The notes below the pieces were generated by a model. It made no database searches. It was not told the origin of the DNA and saw nothing but the letters and a program-made list of their open reading frames with translations. A stretch of DNA of 64,000 nucleotides from Candidatus Bathyarchaeota archaeon (lineage in GTDB: Archaea; Thermoproteota; Bathyarchaeia; Bathyarchaeales; Bathycorpusculaceae): contig CAVRFW010000003.1 of assembly GCA_963720565.1 (NCBI GenBank), positions 32,001 through 96,000 on the forward strand, read 5' to 3'. Positions 40,943 to 52,355 of the stretch are shown here, one piece after another (the first letter of the stretch is position 1; each line of letters opens with the position of its first letter). The position numbers and the translations under genes were made by a program.

Positions 40943-42438
40943 TTAAGTCTTGCGTTTTCGCGGGGATTCAGGAAAACAAAATTGTGTAGCTTCATCAAGT
41001 TTCTTTTCAGCATCGTCAAGTGCCCTATCCATCTTGGATATATTGTCTCTGGTGAGGATTAACTGTTTTTCACGTTCAGCCAGTGCTCTTTTTACTTCTA
41101 CTGGTGCGGGACCACCTTTAACCTTGCATGCTTCAACCAACTTAAGCGGGTTTGCGAGTTTTTCAAACTCTTCAGCATTAACAAATAGTTTGATATTGGC
41201 GACTTCCTTGGCCATTTTTTGTAAGACGTTCGGGCGTGGCTTCTTTGAAAGTCAATTTCGCTTTCTATTAGCGACTTGACGAGGGCACCAACTATTTTAT
41301 GGGCTGTTCGAAATGGGACATCATACTTGCGAACAAGAATGTTGGCCAATTCGGTAGCAGCTACAAAACTCGCGTTAGCTTTTCCAGAAATGTCTGAAAT
41401 TACTTTCAGTTTGGGAAGCAACTTGTGGAACATTTCCAGCGACGCATGCACATTTTCTGTGGCTTCCCAAAGCCTAGGCGTAATCTCCTGGAAATCTAGA
41501 TTGTATGTTGAGGGTAAACTCTTTACAGCAGCAGAAGAAGTAACAAAAAGCCCCAACACATGGCTAGCTCTAGCACGGATGACCTCCAAGACCTCAGGGT
41601 TTTTCTTCTGTGGCATGATGCTGCTTGTACTTGTAAATTCGTCTGGAAGCTCAACCACTCCGAAATCTGGGGAACTCCAAATAATCAGGTCTTCAGCAAA
41701 ACGGCTAAGGTTAATCGCAGTCAGAGTGAGTGCCGCAATAGTCTCGATTATGAAATCTCGACTACCTACTGCATCAATCGAGTTTTCCAGAACGGCATTG
41801 AAACCCAAAAGTTCTGCGGTGCGGTCTCGGTTTATCGGAAAGCTCGTTGTTGCCAACGCGCCCGCACCAAGTGGACAAAGATTGACTCGAGTATATGCAC
41901 TTTCAAGTCTTTGAAGGTCTCGCTCGAGCGCGTCGTAGTAGGATAAAAGATAGTGAGCGAAGGTTACGGGTTGTGCAGGTTGTAGGTGAGTGTATTCCAG
42001 AATGACTGTCTTCACATGTTTCTCCGCCACTTCGGCAATGTGATCCTGTACGTGCGCCAATGCACGCATTAAGTTGAGTAGCTCTTTGCGCAGCTCCATA
42101 CGAATAGCAGTGGTAACTTGGTCATTTCTACTCTTAGCGATATGGAGATTTCCGCCCGTTTCCGGGTTTGTCTCCTTGAGAACTGCTTCTTCTACTGCCA
42201 TATGAACGTCCTCAGCAGAAGCATCCAGCTCCATGATGGAGCACTTGACAAGAGCCTGCAAAAGCTTTGCTCCTTCGAACGATTTAATGATCTTCTGCTC
42301 AATTAGCATCACCACGTGAGCTTTGTTGATGTCTACAACAGCTTTGGTTAGTCTTGTATCGTCTTTCACTGATGAAGTGAACTTGGTAACATCTTCCCGA
42401 CCAGGGGACAACCGTCCACCACGCAATACTTTCGACAT
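40943..42438 (-). CDS. argH: Argininosuccinate lyase (frameshift(s) near 41230-41265)
   Basis: SRNDQ, YTHLQPAQP, GAGALA, TSSIMPQKKNPE, PFRTAH; the C-terminus (GGPAP) is in a second frame. Confidence 0.92.
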
Positions 42439-42461
42439 CTCTCTTCGCTTGCCTTTTTTTC

Positions 42462-43688
42462 TTAAGCTGGATTTGTAGTCTTGGCTTCGCTAGTCATAGC
42501 GGAATTTTTCAAAGCATTGTACATTCTCGTTTGAAGCCCCCAAAGCTCAATGAAACCTTTAGAGTAAGATTGGTTAAACGAGGTTCTTATGTTGTAATTA
42601 GCCAGGTTCTTATCGTAGAGAGACATGGATGACGAACGTCCGACCACTCGTAACCCGCCCTTGTAAAGCTTAACTCTAACTTCACCAGTGACGTTTTTCT
42701 GCGTCTTGTTAATGAACGCTTCAAGGTCTTCTCGCAAGGGATCCATCCACAAACCCACATAGGTAAGATAAGCCCATTCCGCGTCAATCTGTTGTTTGAA
42801 CAACACTTCGTGTCGTGTCAGCACCATCTTTTCCAAATCTTTGTGACCTTCCAACAGCACGGTGGCAGCTGGGCACTCGTAGACTTCACGCGATTTGATT
42901 CCTACTAAACGGTCTTCGATGTGGTCAATACGACCTACACCATGCTTTCCAGCAGTTTTGTTCAGCATCTCAACGAGCGCAAGGGGTTTCAGTTTTTCTT
43001 TGTTAACTGCAACCGGCATGCCTTCCTCGAATCCTATGGTTACATACTCAGCCGAGTCTGGCGCTTTCTCAGGCGATACTGTCCACTCAAAAGCATCCTC
43101 TGGTGGTTCTTGACTGGCATCTTCCAGGAAACCACATTCAATTGCCCGGCCCCATACACTCGCATCTATGCTGTACTTCTTGGCGGCAGTTGACACTGGG
43201 ATTCCATTAGCTTTCGCGTAAGTTATTTCCTCTTCTCTAGTCATGCCCCACTCCCTGATTGGAGCTATTATTTTTAGTTCAGGAGCCAAAGCGCCGAGCG
43301 ACACGTCAAAGCGTACTTGATCATTGCCCCTTCCGGTGCAACCGTGAGCGAGTCCTGTAGCGCCGTTTTTCTCTGCTATTTCAACCATTTTCGCTGCAAT
43401 TAGCGGGCGGGATAAACTTGTACTTACAGGGTATTTTCCTTCGTACAGGGCGTTGGCTTTTATGGCAGGGAAAATATAATCTGATGCGAACTCGTCTTTA
43501 GCGTCAATTGAATAGTGTTTTAGAACCCCGAGTTTCTCTGCTTTTTCCGCGACTTCTTTCTGGTCTTCTTGCTGTCCAACATCTACTGTTACCGTAATAA
43601 CTTCGGCGCTGTACTTTTCTTGAAGCCATTTTATCAAGACTGATGTATCCAGTCCACCGGAGTATGCGAGCACGATTTTTTCTGTCAA
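42462..43688 (-). CDS. argG: Argininosuccinate synthase
   Basis: AYSGGLDTS, HGCTGRGNDQVRF, GIKSREVYECP. Confidence 0.96.
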   Translation of the reverse strand: MTEKIVLAYSGGLDTSVLIKWLQEKYSAEVITVTVDVGQQEDQKEVAEKAEKLGVLKHYSIDAKDEFASDYIFPAIKANALYEGKYPVSTSLSRPLIAAKMVEIAEKNGATGLAHGCTGRGNDQVRFDVSLGALAPELKIIAPIREWGMTREEEITYAKANGIPVSTAAKKYSIDASVWGRAIECGFLEDASQEPPEDAFEWTVSPEKAPDSAEYVTIGFEEGMPVAVNKEKLKPLALVEMLNKTAGKHGVGRIDHIEDRLVGIKSREVYECPAATVLLEGHKDLEKMVLTRHEVLFKQQIDAEWAYLTYVGLWMDPLREDLEAFINKTQKNVTGEVRVKLYKGGLRVVGRSSSMSLYDKNLANYNIRTSFNQSYSKGFIELWGLQTRMYNALKNSAMTSEAKTTNPA

Positions 43689-43812
43689 TATTATGTTCCT
43701 CAGTTTCTGAAATTGAATTGTTCCCCATACCTAAATTGCCGTGTTCTTAAACTTTGTGACTTTTTTGTAACTTGACAAGGCTTAAACGTCCTAATTGATA
43801 CACTATTGTACT

Positions 43813-44392
43813 ATGACAATAGCTCAAAGTGTAAGAAACCACTTGCGAAATAAACCATACTTGCTAGAGGCTTTGGAGAAAGGGATAGTTAACCTAAGCG
43901 AATTATCGCGCCAAATTCAAAAAGAACTTAAAACATCTAACACCCCCGCAGTAAAAGCTGCCCTGCGAAGATACGCGATGGATCTCCAGAAGCACAAACA
44001 GAAAAGAGAAGAAAGAGTTCTGCAAGTTCTGAAGCGGAGTGGGATAACAGTCTTTGACAAGAAAGCTGTAATAATAACGAGCAAGGAATTGGAAACAAGC
44101 AGTGGAATGAAGGTAGACTTGTTAGGCAAACATGTTTACTTGCTGGATAAAGGCGAATTACCCGAAAGGGTTAGCACGCTCGTCAAGCATGATAATTGCA
44201 CAATGATAGTGGTTCATTCTCCTGAAGAACTAGAAGCTAACTCCTGGAGTTGTCGCTTTTCTGACAACATTACTAGCGGAGCAGAATGTCAATATGATAG
44301 AGTTTATCTCGTGCTGGACCGAGACCATCATAGTTGTGGAGAAGAAGGACAGCCTCAAAACCTATGAGGTTCTATCCAACATAGTTGGTTAA
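43813..44392 (+). CDS. Putative amino-acid-sensing regulator: N-terminal HTH-like domain + C-terminal ACT-like domain (frameshifted near 44239)
   Basis: N-terminus ...GIVNLSELSRQI...AVKAALRRY. Removing one A gives EATPGVVAFLTTLLAEQNVNMIEFISCWTETIIVV (ACT-like), ending at TAA 44390-44392. Confidence 0.75.
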
Positions 44393-44514
44393 GATACACT
44401 CGAATTCTCCTGAAGAGTCTTCAACATTTGTAAGAGTCCGGTTAGAAAGCTTATTTAAAGGGCAACATTATTTATAATCACAGTTTGACATTCTCATGCT
44501 TTAGAGATGAAATA

Positions 44515-45462
44515 ATGCCGCCAAGTCGAGTAGTTGTCACGGCTCCAGCAACAACCGCCAATATGGGTCCTGGATTCGACGTTTTCGGGCTTGCCTTAGA
44601 GCAACCTGAAGACAAGGTGACATTACTTCCGATTCCAAAGGGAATAGAAATAGAAATTGCGGGTCTCTGGTCAGCGAAGAAAACCTTAGCACCTGAAAAG
44701 AGTCCGCCGGAAATAGTTGCACGTCAAATCCTGAACGAGTTCTCATTGAAAACGGGTGTCAGGATAAGAATTGAAAAGGGCATCTTGCCAGGCATAGGTT
44801 TAGGCAGTAGCGCAGCCTCAGCAGCAGCTGTTGCCTATGGCTTGAACCGCCTATTCGATTTGAAACTCGACAACAGACATCTTATTCAGTTCGCTGCCAA
44901 GGGCGAAGTTGCCACAGCAGGCTTCGAACACGCTGACAATGTTTCAGCTGCTATTTGCGGAAACTTCGTCGTCATCAAGTCTTATAACCCCTTAGAAATA
45001 GTAAACCTAGAAGCTCCAGAAGACATGCAGGTATGCGTGGCTTATCCACACTTGGAAACTCCAGCGAACAAGACCGAGAAAGCTCGATTAGTAGTTCCTA
45101 AGCAGATTTCTATCGATAAGCTCGTTCACAATGTTGGCAGGGCAGCAGCCCTGGCAATTGGCTTCGCTACGGGTAACGTGGATCTAATCGGTAATTCGAT
45201 GTCGGATGCTGTTGTGGAACCCACACGTGTTTTTCTAATTCCAGGTTATGAGAAGGTTAGGAGCAACGCGCTGAAAGCTGGCGCGTGTGGTGTGGCAATC
45301 AGCGGAGCTGGACCTGCCATGATAGGCATAGTAAACAGAAAGAAAGCAGACGCAACCAAGGTTGCCCGCGCCATGAAGGAAGGCTTCGAATCTGTCGGTC
45401 TCGAAGCAACTGCATACAATACAAAGCCTGGAAAAGGTGTCCAACTAATGGAGATGAACTAA
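44515..45462 (+). CDS. thrB: Homoserine kinase
   Basis: PATTANMGPGFD, GLGSSAAS, HADNV, ISGAGP. Confidence 0.95.
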   Translation: MPPSRVVVTAPATTANMGPGFDVFGLALEQPEDKVTLLPIPKGIEIEIAGLWSAKKTLAPEKSPPEIVARQILNEFSLKTGVRIRIEKGILPGIGLGSSAASAAAVAYGLNRLFDLKLDNRHLIQFAAKGEVATAGFEHADNVSAAICGNFVVIKSYNPLEIVNLEAPEDMQVCVAYPHLETPANKTEKARLVVPKQISIDKLVHNVGRAAALAIGFATGNVDLIGNSMSDAVVEPTRVFLIPGYEKVRSNALKAGACGVAISGAGPAMIGIVNRKKADATKVARAMKEGFESVGLEATAYNTKPGKGVQLMEMN

Positions 45463-46718
45463 TGGCACATCAAGAATGCATCAATTGTGGAAGAATCTAC
45501 CCTATAGATGAGATTGTCTATTTCTGTAAAGATTGCGGAGACCTACTCGAAGTAAAGTATTCTCATGGTGAACTTGAGAAAGCAGCTAAGAATAACAGGT
45601 GGCAAACCGTTCCGCTTTCGGTATGGAGATATAGAGATTTTATGCCCATCAGTGACCCCTCAAAAATAGTTTCTTTGAACGAGGGCGGAACTGGACTTCA
45701 TCTCTGCAAGAACTTGGGCGCAAAGTTGGGACTTAAACAACTCTATGTGAAAAATGAAGGCGAAAACCCAACAGGATCATTCAAGGATCGTGGTATGACC
45801 GTCGGCGTCACAAAAGCTTTGGAACTTGGTGTAAAAGCCGTTATCTGCGCGTCAACAGGTAACACTTCCGCTTCATTGGCTGCCTACGCTGCGAAAGCAG
45901 GACTGCAATGCGCTGTCTTAATTCCATCCGGCAAAATTGCATATGGGAAACTATCTCAGGCCATGATTTACGGCGCCAAGGTTCTACAAGTGCGTGGCAA
46001 CTTTGACCAAGCTCTGGATATTGTGCTAAGGCTATCCGAAAAACATGGTGGTATCTACTTGCTCAATTCGATTAACCCCTTCAGGATAGAGGGACAAAAG
46101 TCTTTGGGCTATGAAATCTGCAATCAACTGGGTCAAGAAGCGCCAGACCGCATCATTGTTCCAGTTGGCAATGCCGGCAATATCAGCGCAATTTGGAAGG
46201 GCTTTAAGGAATTTCACGCCCTTCGACTCGTAGAGGATTTGCCAATTATGACTGGAATTCAAGCAGCTGGTTCAGCGCCTATCGTGCAGGCATTCAAGAC
46301 TCGAAGCGACACGATAATTCCTGTTGACGAACCTGAAACCATTGCAACCGCTATCAGAATTGGAGCCCCTGTAAGCTGGAAAAAAGCACTGACTGCAATA
46401 CGCGAGTCACATGGGATCGCTGAAAAGGTGACGGATGCAGAAATTCTAGAAGCACAAAAGATGTTAGCGAGGACTGAGGGATTGTTTGTTGAACCCGCAA
46501 GTGCATCATCAATCGCTGGTCTGATAAAGTTGATAGACAACGAGGCAATATCAAAGGATGAGTGCATCGTGTGCGTTACCACGGGTCATGGACTTAAAGA
46601 CCCAGATACAGCGGTGAAAGTGAGCGAAAAACCCATAGAAGTTGATGCTGAAATCGAAGCTATCGAACAAGTTCTGGGTCTGAAGACCCCATTAACTGTG
46701 ACTGTTTCAAGGAGATAG
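45462..46718 (+). CDS. thrC: Threonine synthase
   Basis: N-terminal CxxC...CxxC, NPTGSFKDRG, ASTGNT, PVGNAGN, EPASA, TGHGLK. The ATG overlaps the thrB stop. Confidence 0.95.
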   Translation: MAHQECINCGRIYPIDEIVYFCKDCGDLLEVKYSHGELEKAAKNNRWQTVPLSVWRYRDFMPISDPSKIVSLNEGGTGLHLCKNLGAKLGLKQLYVKNEGENPTGSFKDRGMTVGVTKALELGVKAVICASTGNTSASLAAYAAKAGLQCAVLIPSGKIAYGKLSQAMIYGAKVLQVRGNFDQALDIVLRLSEKHGGIYLLNSINPFRIEGQKSLGYEICNQLGQEAPDRIIVPVGNAGNISAIWKGFKEFHALRLVEDLPIMTGIQAAGSAPIVQAFKTRSDTIIPVDEPETIATAIRIGAPVSWKKALTAIRESHGIAEKVTDAEILEAQKMLARTEGLFVEPASASSIAGLIKLIDNEAISKDECIVCVTTGHGLKDPDTAVKVSEKPIEVDAEIEAIEQVLGLKTPLTVTVSRR

Positions 46719-46720
46719 CC

Positions 46721-47744
46721 ATGCGAATAATCGTGGTCGGATATGGAGTCGTTGGTCAGGGTCTGACTAGCATCCTGCTCAAACGGCGTTCAGAAACTCT
46801 CAGAGACTACGGTCTAAACCCCAGAATAGTTGCAGTTGTTGATAAGGGTGGAGCGGTGGTGAACCCTAAGGGACTGGACATGGAAAGACTGCTATTTCTT
46901 AAGAAGAAAGGCACAGTTGCAGCAGATCCACATTTTGGGCGTCCCAACGTCTCTCCTTTGGAAATCATAGAATCTACAGAGGCTGAGGTTGTAGTCGAAG
47001 CTACTTCCACCAACGTGAAGAGTGGCGAACCTGGGCTGTCGCACATAAAAACAGCTTTCAAAACTAATAAACACGTTGTTACTACCAATAAAGGCCCTTT
47101 AGCCTTAGCACTGCCTGCCTTAACTGAGTTGGCCAACTACAATAAAGTGTACTTGAGATTTAGCGGCACTGTGGGTGGAGGGACTCCGATTCTAGAGTTT
47201 GCGAAGAAGTGCCTCGCAGGCGATAGAATAATTGCTGCACGGGGTGTACTTAAACGGTACTACAAACTACATTCTCACGGAAATGGCAGAGAATCACACA
47301 AGTTTCCAGCAAGCATTAGACAACGCCCAGAAACTCGGGTACGCTGAAACTAACCCTTCAATGGACGTTGATGGCACAGACTCTGCCTGCAAGGTTGTCA
47401 TAATGGCAAATTGGATATTGAACAAAAAGCTCACACTGAAAGACGTAAAAGTACAAGGAATCCGAGACGTTACCTCGCAGGATATTGAGGCAGCATCCAA
47501 GAAGGGGAATGTGATCAAGCTTGTTGGAGCCATAGATGCGGGCGCGTCGGTTGAACCGACAGAAATTTGTAAAGATGATCCTTTATGCGTCAGAGGTGTT
47601 CTGAACGCTGTTACCTTCGTGTCAGAGTTTGCAGGAGAAGAAACCATTGTCGGCAAAGGTGCAGGTGGCATGGAAACAGCGAGCGCCGTCTTAAGAGACT
47701 TAATAGACATAAGGCTAAGTATAGCTAACAAAGTGTTCACGTAA
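46721..47744 (+). CDS. hom: Homoserine dehydrogenase (frameshifted near 47253)
   Basis: GYGVVG, TTNKG and TVGGGTP in the first ORF; NGTTNYIL, GYAE, DVDGTD and GKGAG in the second. There is one extra A. Confidence 0.9.
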
Positions 47745-47762
47745 CAGTTCGGAGTTGAAAGC

Positions 47763-49173
47763 TTGAAAACAATAGTAATGAAATTCGGGGGAACATCAGT
47801 TGCTACTGGGGAAAGAATACGTAACGTCGCAGACTTGGTGGCAGATAGCTCCAAGAAAGGGTGCAAAATAGTTGTTGCAGTTTCGGCATTAGATGGCACA
47901 ACTGATGAACTCTTTGAAGCTGCTGAAGGAGCAAAGAAGGGAAACGAAACACTAGTCCGAGAGTTCAAACTTAAAATGCTAAGGAAACACTCGGAAGCTG
48001 CTTCGAAAGCCATACGGAACAATGAAATACGAAAAGAAGTTGAACAAACCATCGAAAAGACAATAGACGAACTGGAGAAAGTTCTAACAGGAATATGTTA
48101 CGTCGGCGAACTCACACCAAAATCAACGGACTACGTTTTGTCCTTCGGAGAAAGATTGTCAGCGCCGATTGTTTGTGGCGCTATCCGTAACTTAAAGTTG
48201 AAGGCTCAATGGTTCACAGGAAAGGAGGCAGGGATAGTAACTGACTCAAATTTCGGGGAAGCTAGCCCCCTGATGAATGTTACAGTACACCAGTTAAAAG
48301 AACGAATTGGACCCTTGCTCGAAAGAAACGTAATTCCTATTGTAACGGGTTACATAGCCGCGACTCAGGACGGGGTAGTAACGACAATAGGACGCGGAGG
48401 TTCAGACTACACGTCAACTATCTTAGGCGTTGCATTTGCAGCTGACGAAGTCTGGATATGGACAGATGTAGATGGAATAATGACTGCAGACCCTAAAATT
48501 ATCCCCTCAGCGAAGACGCTGCCAGAGCTATCCTATCAAGAAGCAGCAGAGATGGCTATTTTCGGGGCAAAAGCGATGCATCCGAGAGCATTAGAACCTG
48601 TCATCAAAGAAAAAATACCGGTTAGAATAAGAAATGTATTTCACCCTGAAAACCCGGGAACCCTAATCACAGAACAACCTAAGCACGAAATCAAAGGAAG
48701 CAGTGAAGGCAATAGCGCTGATTAGAGACGTAGCTATGATTAACATCAATGGAGCAAGCATGGTTGGCGCCCCAGGAAGTTACGCACAAGTCTTCGACGT
48801 GCTCGGAAAAAACAACATAAACATCATGATGATATCAACCGCAATTTCTGAATCTAACATTTCATTGGTTATACGTCGCGGCCTTTTGGCTAGAGCAATC
48901 AGCAACCTTGAGATTGCGCTGTTGGGTAGAGGGTTGGTTAACGAAGTAACGTCTGAAGATGATGTCTCTGTCGTAGCTGTAATGGGTGCCAATATGAAAG
49001 GCACATTGGGTGTAGCATCAAGAATATTCACAACTGTTGCACGGAAGAGTATCAACATTCGCATGATCGCTCAAGGCTCTTCTGAGCTTAACATTTCATT
49101 TGTGGTAAAGGAAAGAGACGGAGAAGCAGTTGCCAGAGCTATTCACGAAGAGTTCAAGCTGGACAAAATCTAA
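47763..49173 (+). CDS. lysC: Aspartate kinase (frameshifted near 48692)
   Basis: MKFGGTSV, SFGERLS, GRGGSD, WTDVDG; two ACT domains in ORF 48703-49173 (QGSSELNIS). Confidence 0.92.
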
Positions 49174-49221
49174 ATAGCCTATTCTTCCCCAAAACGTCTA
49201 ATTTATCAGAATACAGGGGTC

Positions 49222-50367
49222 TTATGCTTCCGAGATGTTTCCATTCTCTTTTCTGTTGTGCAGTTCAGAAAGCTTCAGGATTGTTTCCTTGTACACTTGG
49301 ATGCTAGCCAAATACTCATTTATGTCTATATGCTCGTCTATTCTATGGTCTAAATGCGAGTCTCCTGGCCCATAAGTCACTATTGGGATGTTCATTGCCC
49401 TGCCGAGGATGTTCATATCACCAGTCCCAGTTTTTCGCAATAGTGTGGCAGGCTTGTTTAGCACGCTTCTAACAGCTGCAGATAGTGCATGGACAAGGGT
49501 AGAGCTCTTGTTTACCTCCAAAGGCTCCACCGTATCATTTACCTCAGCCTTCACGGTAACCTTCGGGTTGTTCATTTGATACTCAGCAACTATTCTCTGT
49601 GTTTCCTCAAAAACTTGAACTGAAGTTAGTTGAGGAGGAATTCTAATATCAATATACATCTCACTTTCAAAAGGTATCACTGAATTTGCTCTTCCGCCAG
49701 CCACTCTAGTCAGGCAAGCAGTAACGGCGTTGAATGGGCTTTCAGAGTTTTCCTGATTACCTGGTCTTGGGTAAGAGTACGCGTTCTTAATGTTCTGCCA
49801 AAGTTCATACGACTTTTCAAGAGCATTCTCGTAAAGCCATGGCGTAGAAGAATGCCCCGTTTGCGTTTTCAAAGTTATCTTCAACTGAATTTGCCCCTTA
49901 TACCCTATAGTAATGTTTTCAACACCGCTGGGCTCGCCGAATATAGCGTAGTCAGCTTCTATTCCTTGAGTTATCAGGTGTCTTACTCCTCGGCTTGTGG
50001 CTTCTTCCTCAACAACGCTTGCAACCAAGATCTTGCCCTTAAATCCCGATTCTTTGCCAGCTGAAGCTGCGGCCATAACCATTGCTGCTAGGGGTCCCTT
50101 AGCATCTACAGCCCCTCGAGCGTAAATTTTGTCTTCTTCGACCCGAAGTGGAATTTGTCCTGCCACAGTATCCATGTGTCCGCATAACAGGATGACAGGC
50201 GGACCTTCTCCTACAACTCCGATTACGTTTCCAACTGCGTCTATTCCAACTTCAAACCCTAATTTCACCATCTCTTCAGCCAAGAAATTGGCTATGTATT
50301 CTTCTTTTCCTGAAGGACTGTATATGCCCAGCAGGTTAGTTAGAAAACGTACCGCTAGATCGCTCAT
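49222..50367 (-). CDS. lysK: [LysW]-lysine/[LysW]-ornithine hydrolase (M20)
   Basis: GHMDTV, RGAVDAKG, EEE, GEPS, TGDMN, YGPGD...H; lysW operon context. Confidence 0.9.
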   Translation of the reverse strand: MSDLAVRFLTNLLGIYSPSGKEEYIANFLAEEMVKLGFEVGIDAVGNVIGVVGEGPPVILLCGHMDTVAGQIPLRVEEDKIYARGAVDAKGPLAAMVMAAASAGKESGFKGKILVASVVEEEATSRGVRHLITQGIEADYAIFGEPSGVENITIGYKGQIQLKITLKTQTGHSSTPWLYENALEKSYELWQNIKNAYSYPRPGNQENSESPFNAVTACLTRVAGGRANSVIPFESEMYIDIRIPPQLTSVQVFEETQRIVAEYQMNNPKVTVKAEVNDTVEPLEVNKSSTLVHALSAAVRSVLNKPATLLRKTGTGDMNILGRAMNIPIVTYGPGDSHLDHRIDEHIDINEYLASIQVYKETILKLSELHNRKENGNISEA

Positions 50368-51547
50368 TTTCCTCATTACCTATTACTTCATCCAGAACAT
50401 TAATCGCTCTGTCAATCTGCTCTTTTTCGGTCACTAAGGGCGGTAGAAACCGCAGAACAGTTCTTCCTGCGTCCAAGAATAGCACACCCCTTTCCATAGA
50501 TTTCAATATTATGTTAAGAACATCAAACTTGAGCTCTATGCCCAGCATCAAACCCAAGCCGCGAACTTCTTTAATGATTCTATGTTTAGCCTGCAAGTCT
50601 TCAAGCTGTGACTTGAAGTAATTGCCCAGCATTGCAGCTCTGTCCACAAGCTTTTCTTCCAGCAACACATCTATCGCCGCGCAACCTGCCGCACAGACTA
50701 TTGGACTTCCACTGAAAGTGGTCGAATGCTGTCCGACTTTCAATGATGACATTATATGCTCTTTAGCTACCGTTATGCCAATGGGCAAACCGCCTGCAAT
50801 TGGCTTAGCCAAGCACATTACGTCAGGAATAGTCTTCCAGTGTTCGCAAGCAAACATCTTTCCAGTTCGGCCGAAACCCGTTTGCACCTCATCAAAGATC
50901 AAGAGAATGTTCTTCTCATCACAGACCTCTCTTAGACCTTGGAGAAAATCGTCGGGCGGAACACGTATCCCACCTTCCCCTCTAATTGGCTCAACAAGAA
51001 CAGCAGCCGTTTTCTCTGTGATCGCCTCTCTTACTTTGTTGATGTTGTCAGGTGGAACATGTTTGAACTCTGGAATCAAGGGCAAGAAGGGTTCGCGATA
51101 TTTCTTATCCCAGGTTGCAGAAAGTGCACCCATGGTTTTCCCGTGGAATGCACCCATGAGAGAAATTATTTCGGGTTTACCTGTGAATTTGCGGGCTAGT
51201 TTTATGGCGCATTCAATGGACTCAGCGCCACTGTTGGAAAGAAAGGACTTGTCCAAGTCTTTCGGTGTTATCCCCGCCAGTTTTTGCAGGAATTCCGTAC
51301 GAACGTCGTTGTAGAATCCAGCGTGGCAAGAGATCAGCCTTTCCGCCTGTCTGCAGACTGCTTCTACTATTTTCGGGTGGGAATGACCCAGCAAGGCGAC
51401 GCCGTAGCTACTGGTGAAATCCAAGTATTCTTTGCCGTTTATGTCCCAGACGATTGCGCCTTTGCCTTTGTTTAGCACCAAAGGTTTCTTGGCGAAGACG
51501 TTAGCCATAAGCCTATTTTCTGTTTCGATAATTTCTTGTTCATTCAC
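50336..51547 (-). CDS. lysJ: [LysW]-aminoadipate/glutamate semialdehyde transaminase
   Basis: Class III aminotransferase: NSGAES, FHGKT, DEVQTGFGRTG, LAKPIAGG. Confidence 0.9.
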   Translation of the reverse strand: MNEQEIIETENRLMANVFAKKPLVLNKGKGAIVWDINGKEYLDFTSSYGVALLGHSHPKIVEAVCRQAERLISCHAGFYNDVRTEFLQKLAGITPKDLDKSFLSNSGAESIECAIKLARKFTGKPEIISLMGAFHGKTMGALSATWDKKYREPFLPLIPEFKHVPPDNINKVREAITEKTAAVLVEPIRGEGGIRVPPDDFLQGLREVCDEKNILLIFDEVQTGFGRTGKMFACEHWKTIPDVMCLAKPIAGGLPIGITVAKEHIMSSLKVGQHSTTFSGSPIVCAAGCAAIDVLLEEKLVDRAAMLGNYFKSQLEDLQAKHRIIKEVRGLGLMLGIELKFDVLNIILKSMERGVLFLDAGRTVLRFLPPLVTEKEQIDRAINVLDEVIGNEENERSSGTFSN

Positions 51548-52349
51548 GACTAATCACGGTTCCACACTCATGTTTTAACGCGGAAGAGACAGGCAGTTTC
51601 CCGCTACCAGAAGTGATCAGGACTTCTTTGACGCCTTTGTTTAGCGCTTCCAATGCAGCGTGGACCTTCGTGCTCATTCCCTGACCGATGCTGTTAAGGA
51701 GCTCTTTTACTTCTGCGGCTGTCACTTTTGCAACTGGTTTGCCTTTAAGAATCAAACCCTGTACGTCCGTAAGCAAAACTAGCCGATCTGCCTTCAAAGC
51801 GCCTGCGATGAAAGCTGCTGTTCTGTCACCATCTACATTCAACGGTTCAAACTCTTTGCTTACCGCTATAGGTGTAACCACAGGCACGTAACCTTTCTCG
51901 AGCAGAAACTGGAGCAATTCAGCATTAGCTTTTTCCAACTTTCCAGTATATCCTCCGTCAATCACCTTTTTACGTCCGCGCTCATCTACAACTATCAGTC
52001 TTTGTTTTCGTTCCGCTTCTAAGAGCAAACCGTCCAGCCCGGACAAACCTATTGTCCGAATACCTTGGCTCTGGAGAGCCAGGACTATTTGTTTGTTAAT
52101 TTTGCCCGCCATGACCATGGTGTAAATCTCAATTGTCTCTTTGTCGGTGTAGCGACTTCTGAAGCCTTCAGGTGATATGACAAATTTTTGTTCTTTTCCG
52201 AGTTTGGAGGCTATTTCGGTAACTTCAACTCCGCCTCCGTGGACTAGAACGATTTGGTTGTCTTTTGCCAATTCCTCTAAATCGGCAACTATTTCTGACG
52301 AAGCTCCTTCTCTGAGTATGCTTCCGCCTATTTTTACTACGTACAACAT
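51540..52349 (-). CDS. lysZ: [LysW]-aminoadipate/glutamate kinase
   Basis: VKIGG, VHGGG, SPEGFRSRYTD, GYTGK, NVDGD. Confidence 0.92.
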   Translation of the reverse strand: MLYVVKIGGSILREGASSEIVADLEELAKDNQIVLVHGGGVEVTEIASKLGKEQKFVISPEGFRSRYTDKETIEIYTMVMAGKINKQIVLALQSQGIRTIGLSGLDGLLLEAERKQRLIVVDERGRKKVIDGGYTGKLEKANAELLQFLLEKGYVPVVTPIAVSKEFEPLNVDGDRTAAFIAGALKADRLVLLTDVQGLILKGKPVAKVTAAEVKELLNSIGQGMSTKVHAALEALNKGVKEVLITSGSGKLPVSSALKHECGTVISRE

Positions 52350-52355
52350 GTATAG

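Noticed and set aside
45285..45461. Extended N-terminus of thrC
   Set aside because: Overlaps thrB; the real start is the ATG at 45462 coupled to the thrB stop.
47294..48052. 252-aa antisense ORF (and similar ones at 41276-41914 and 50622-51314)
   Set aside because: Antisense shadows of well-conserved genes.
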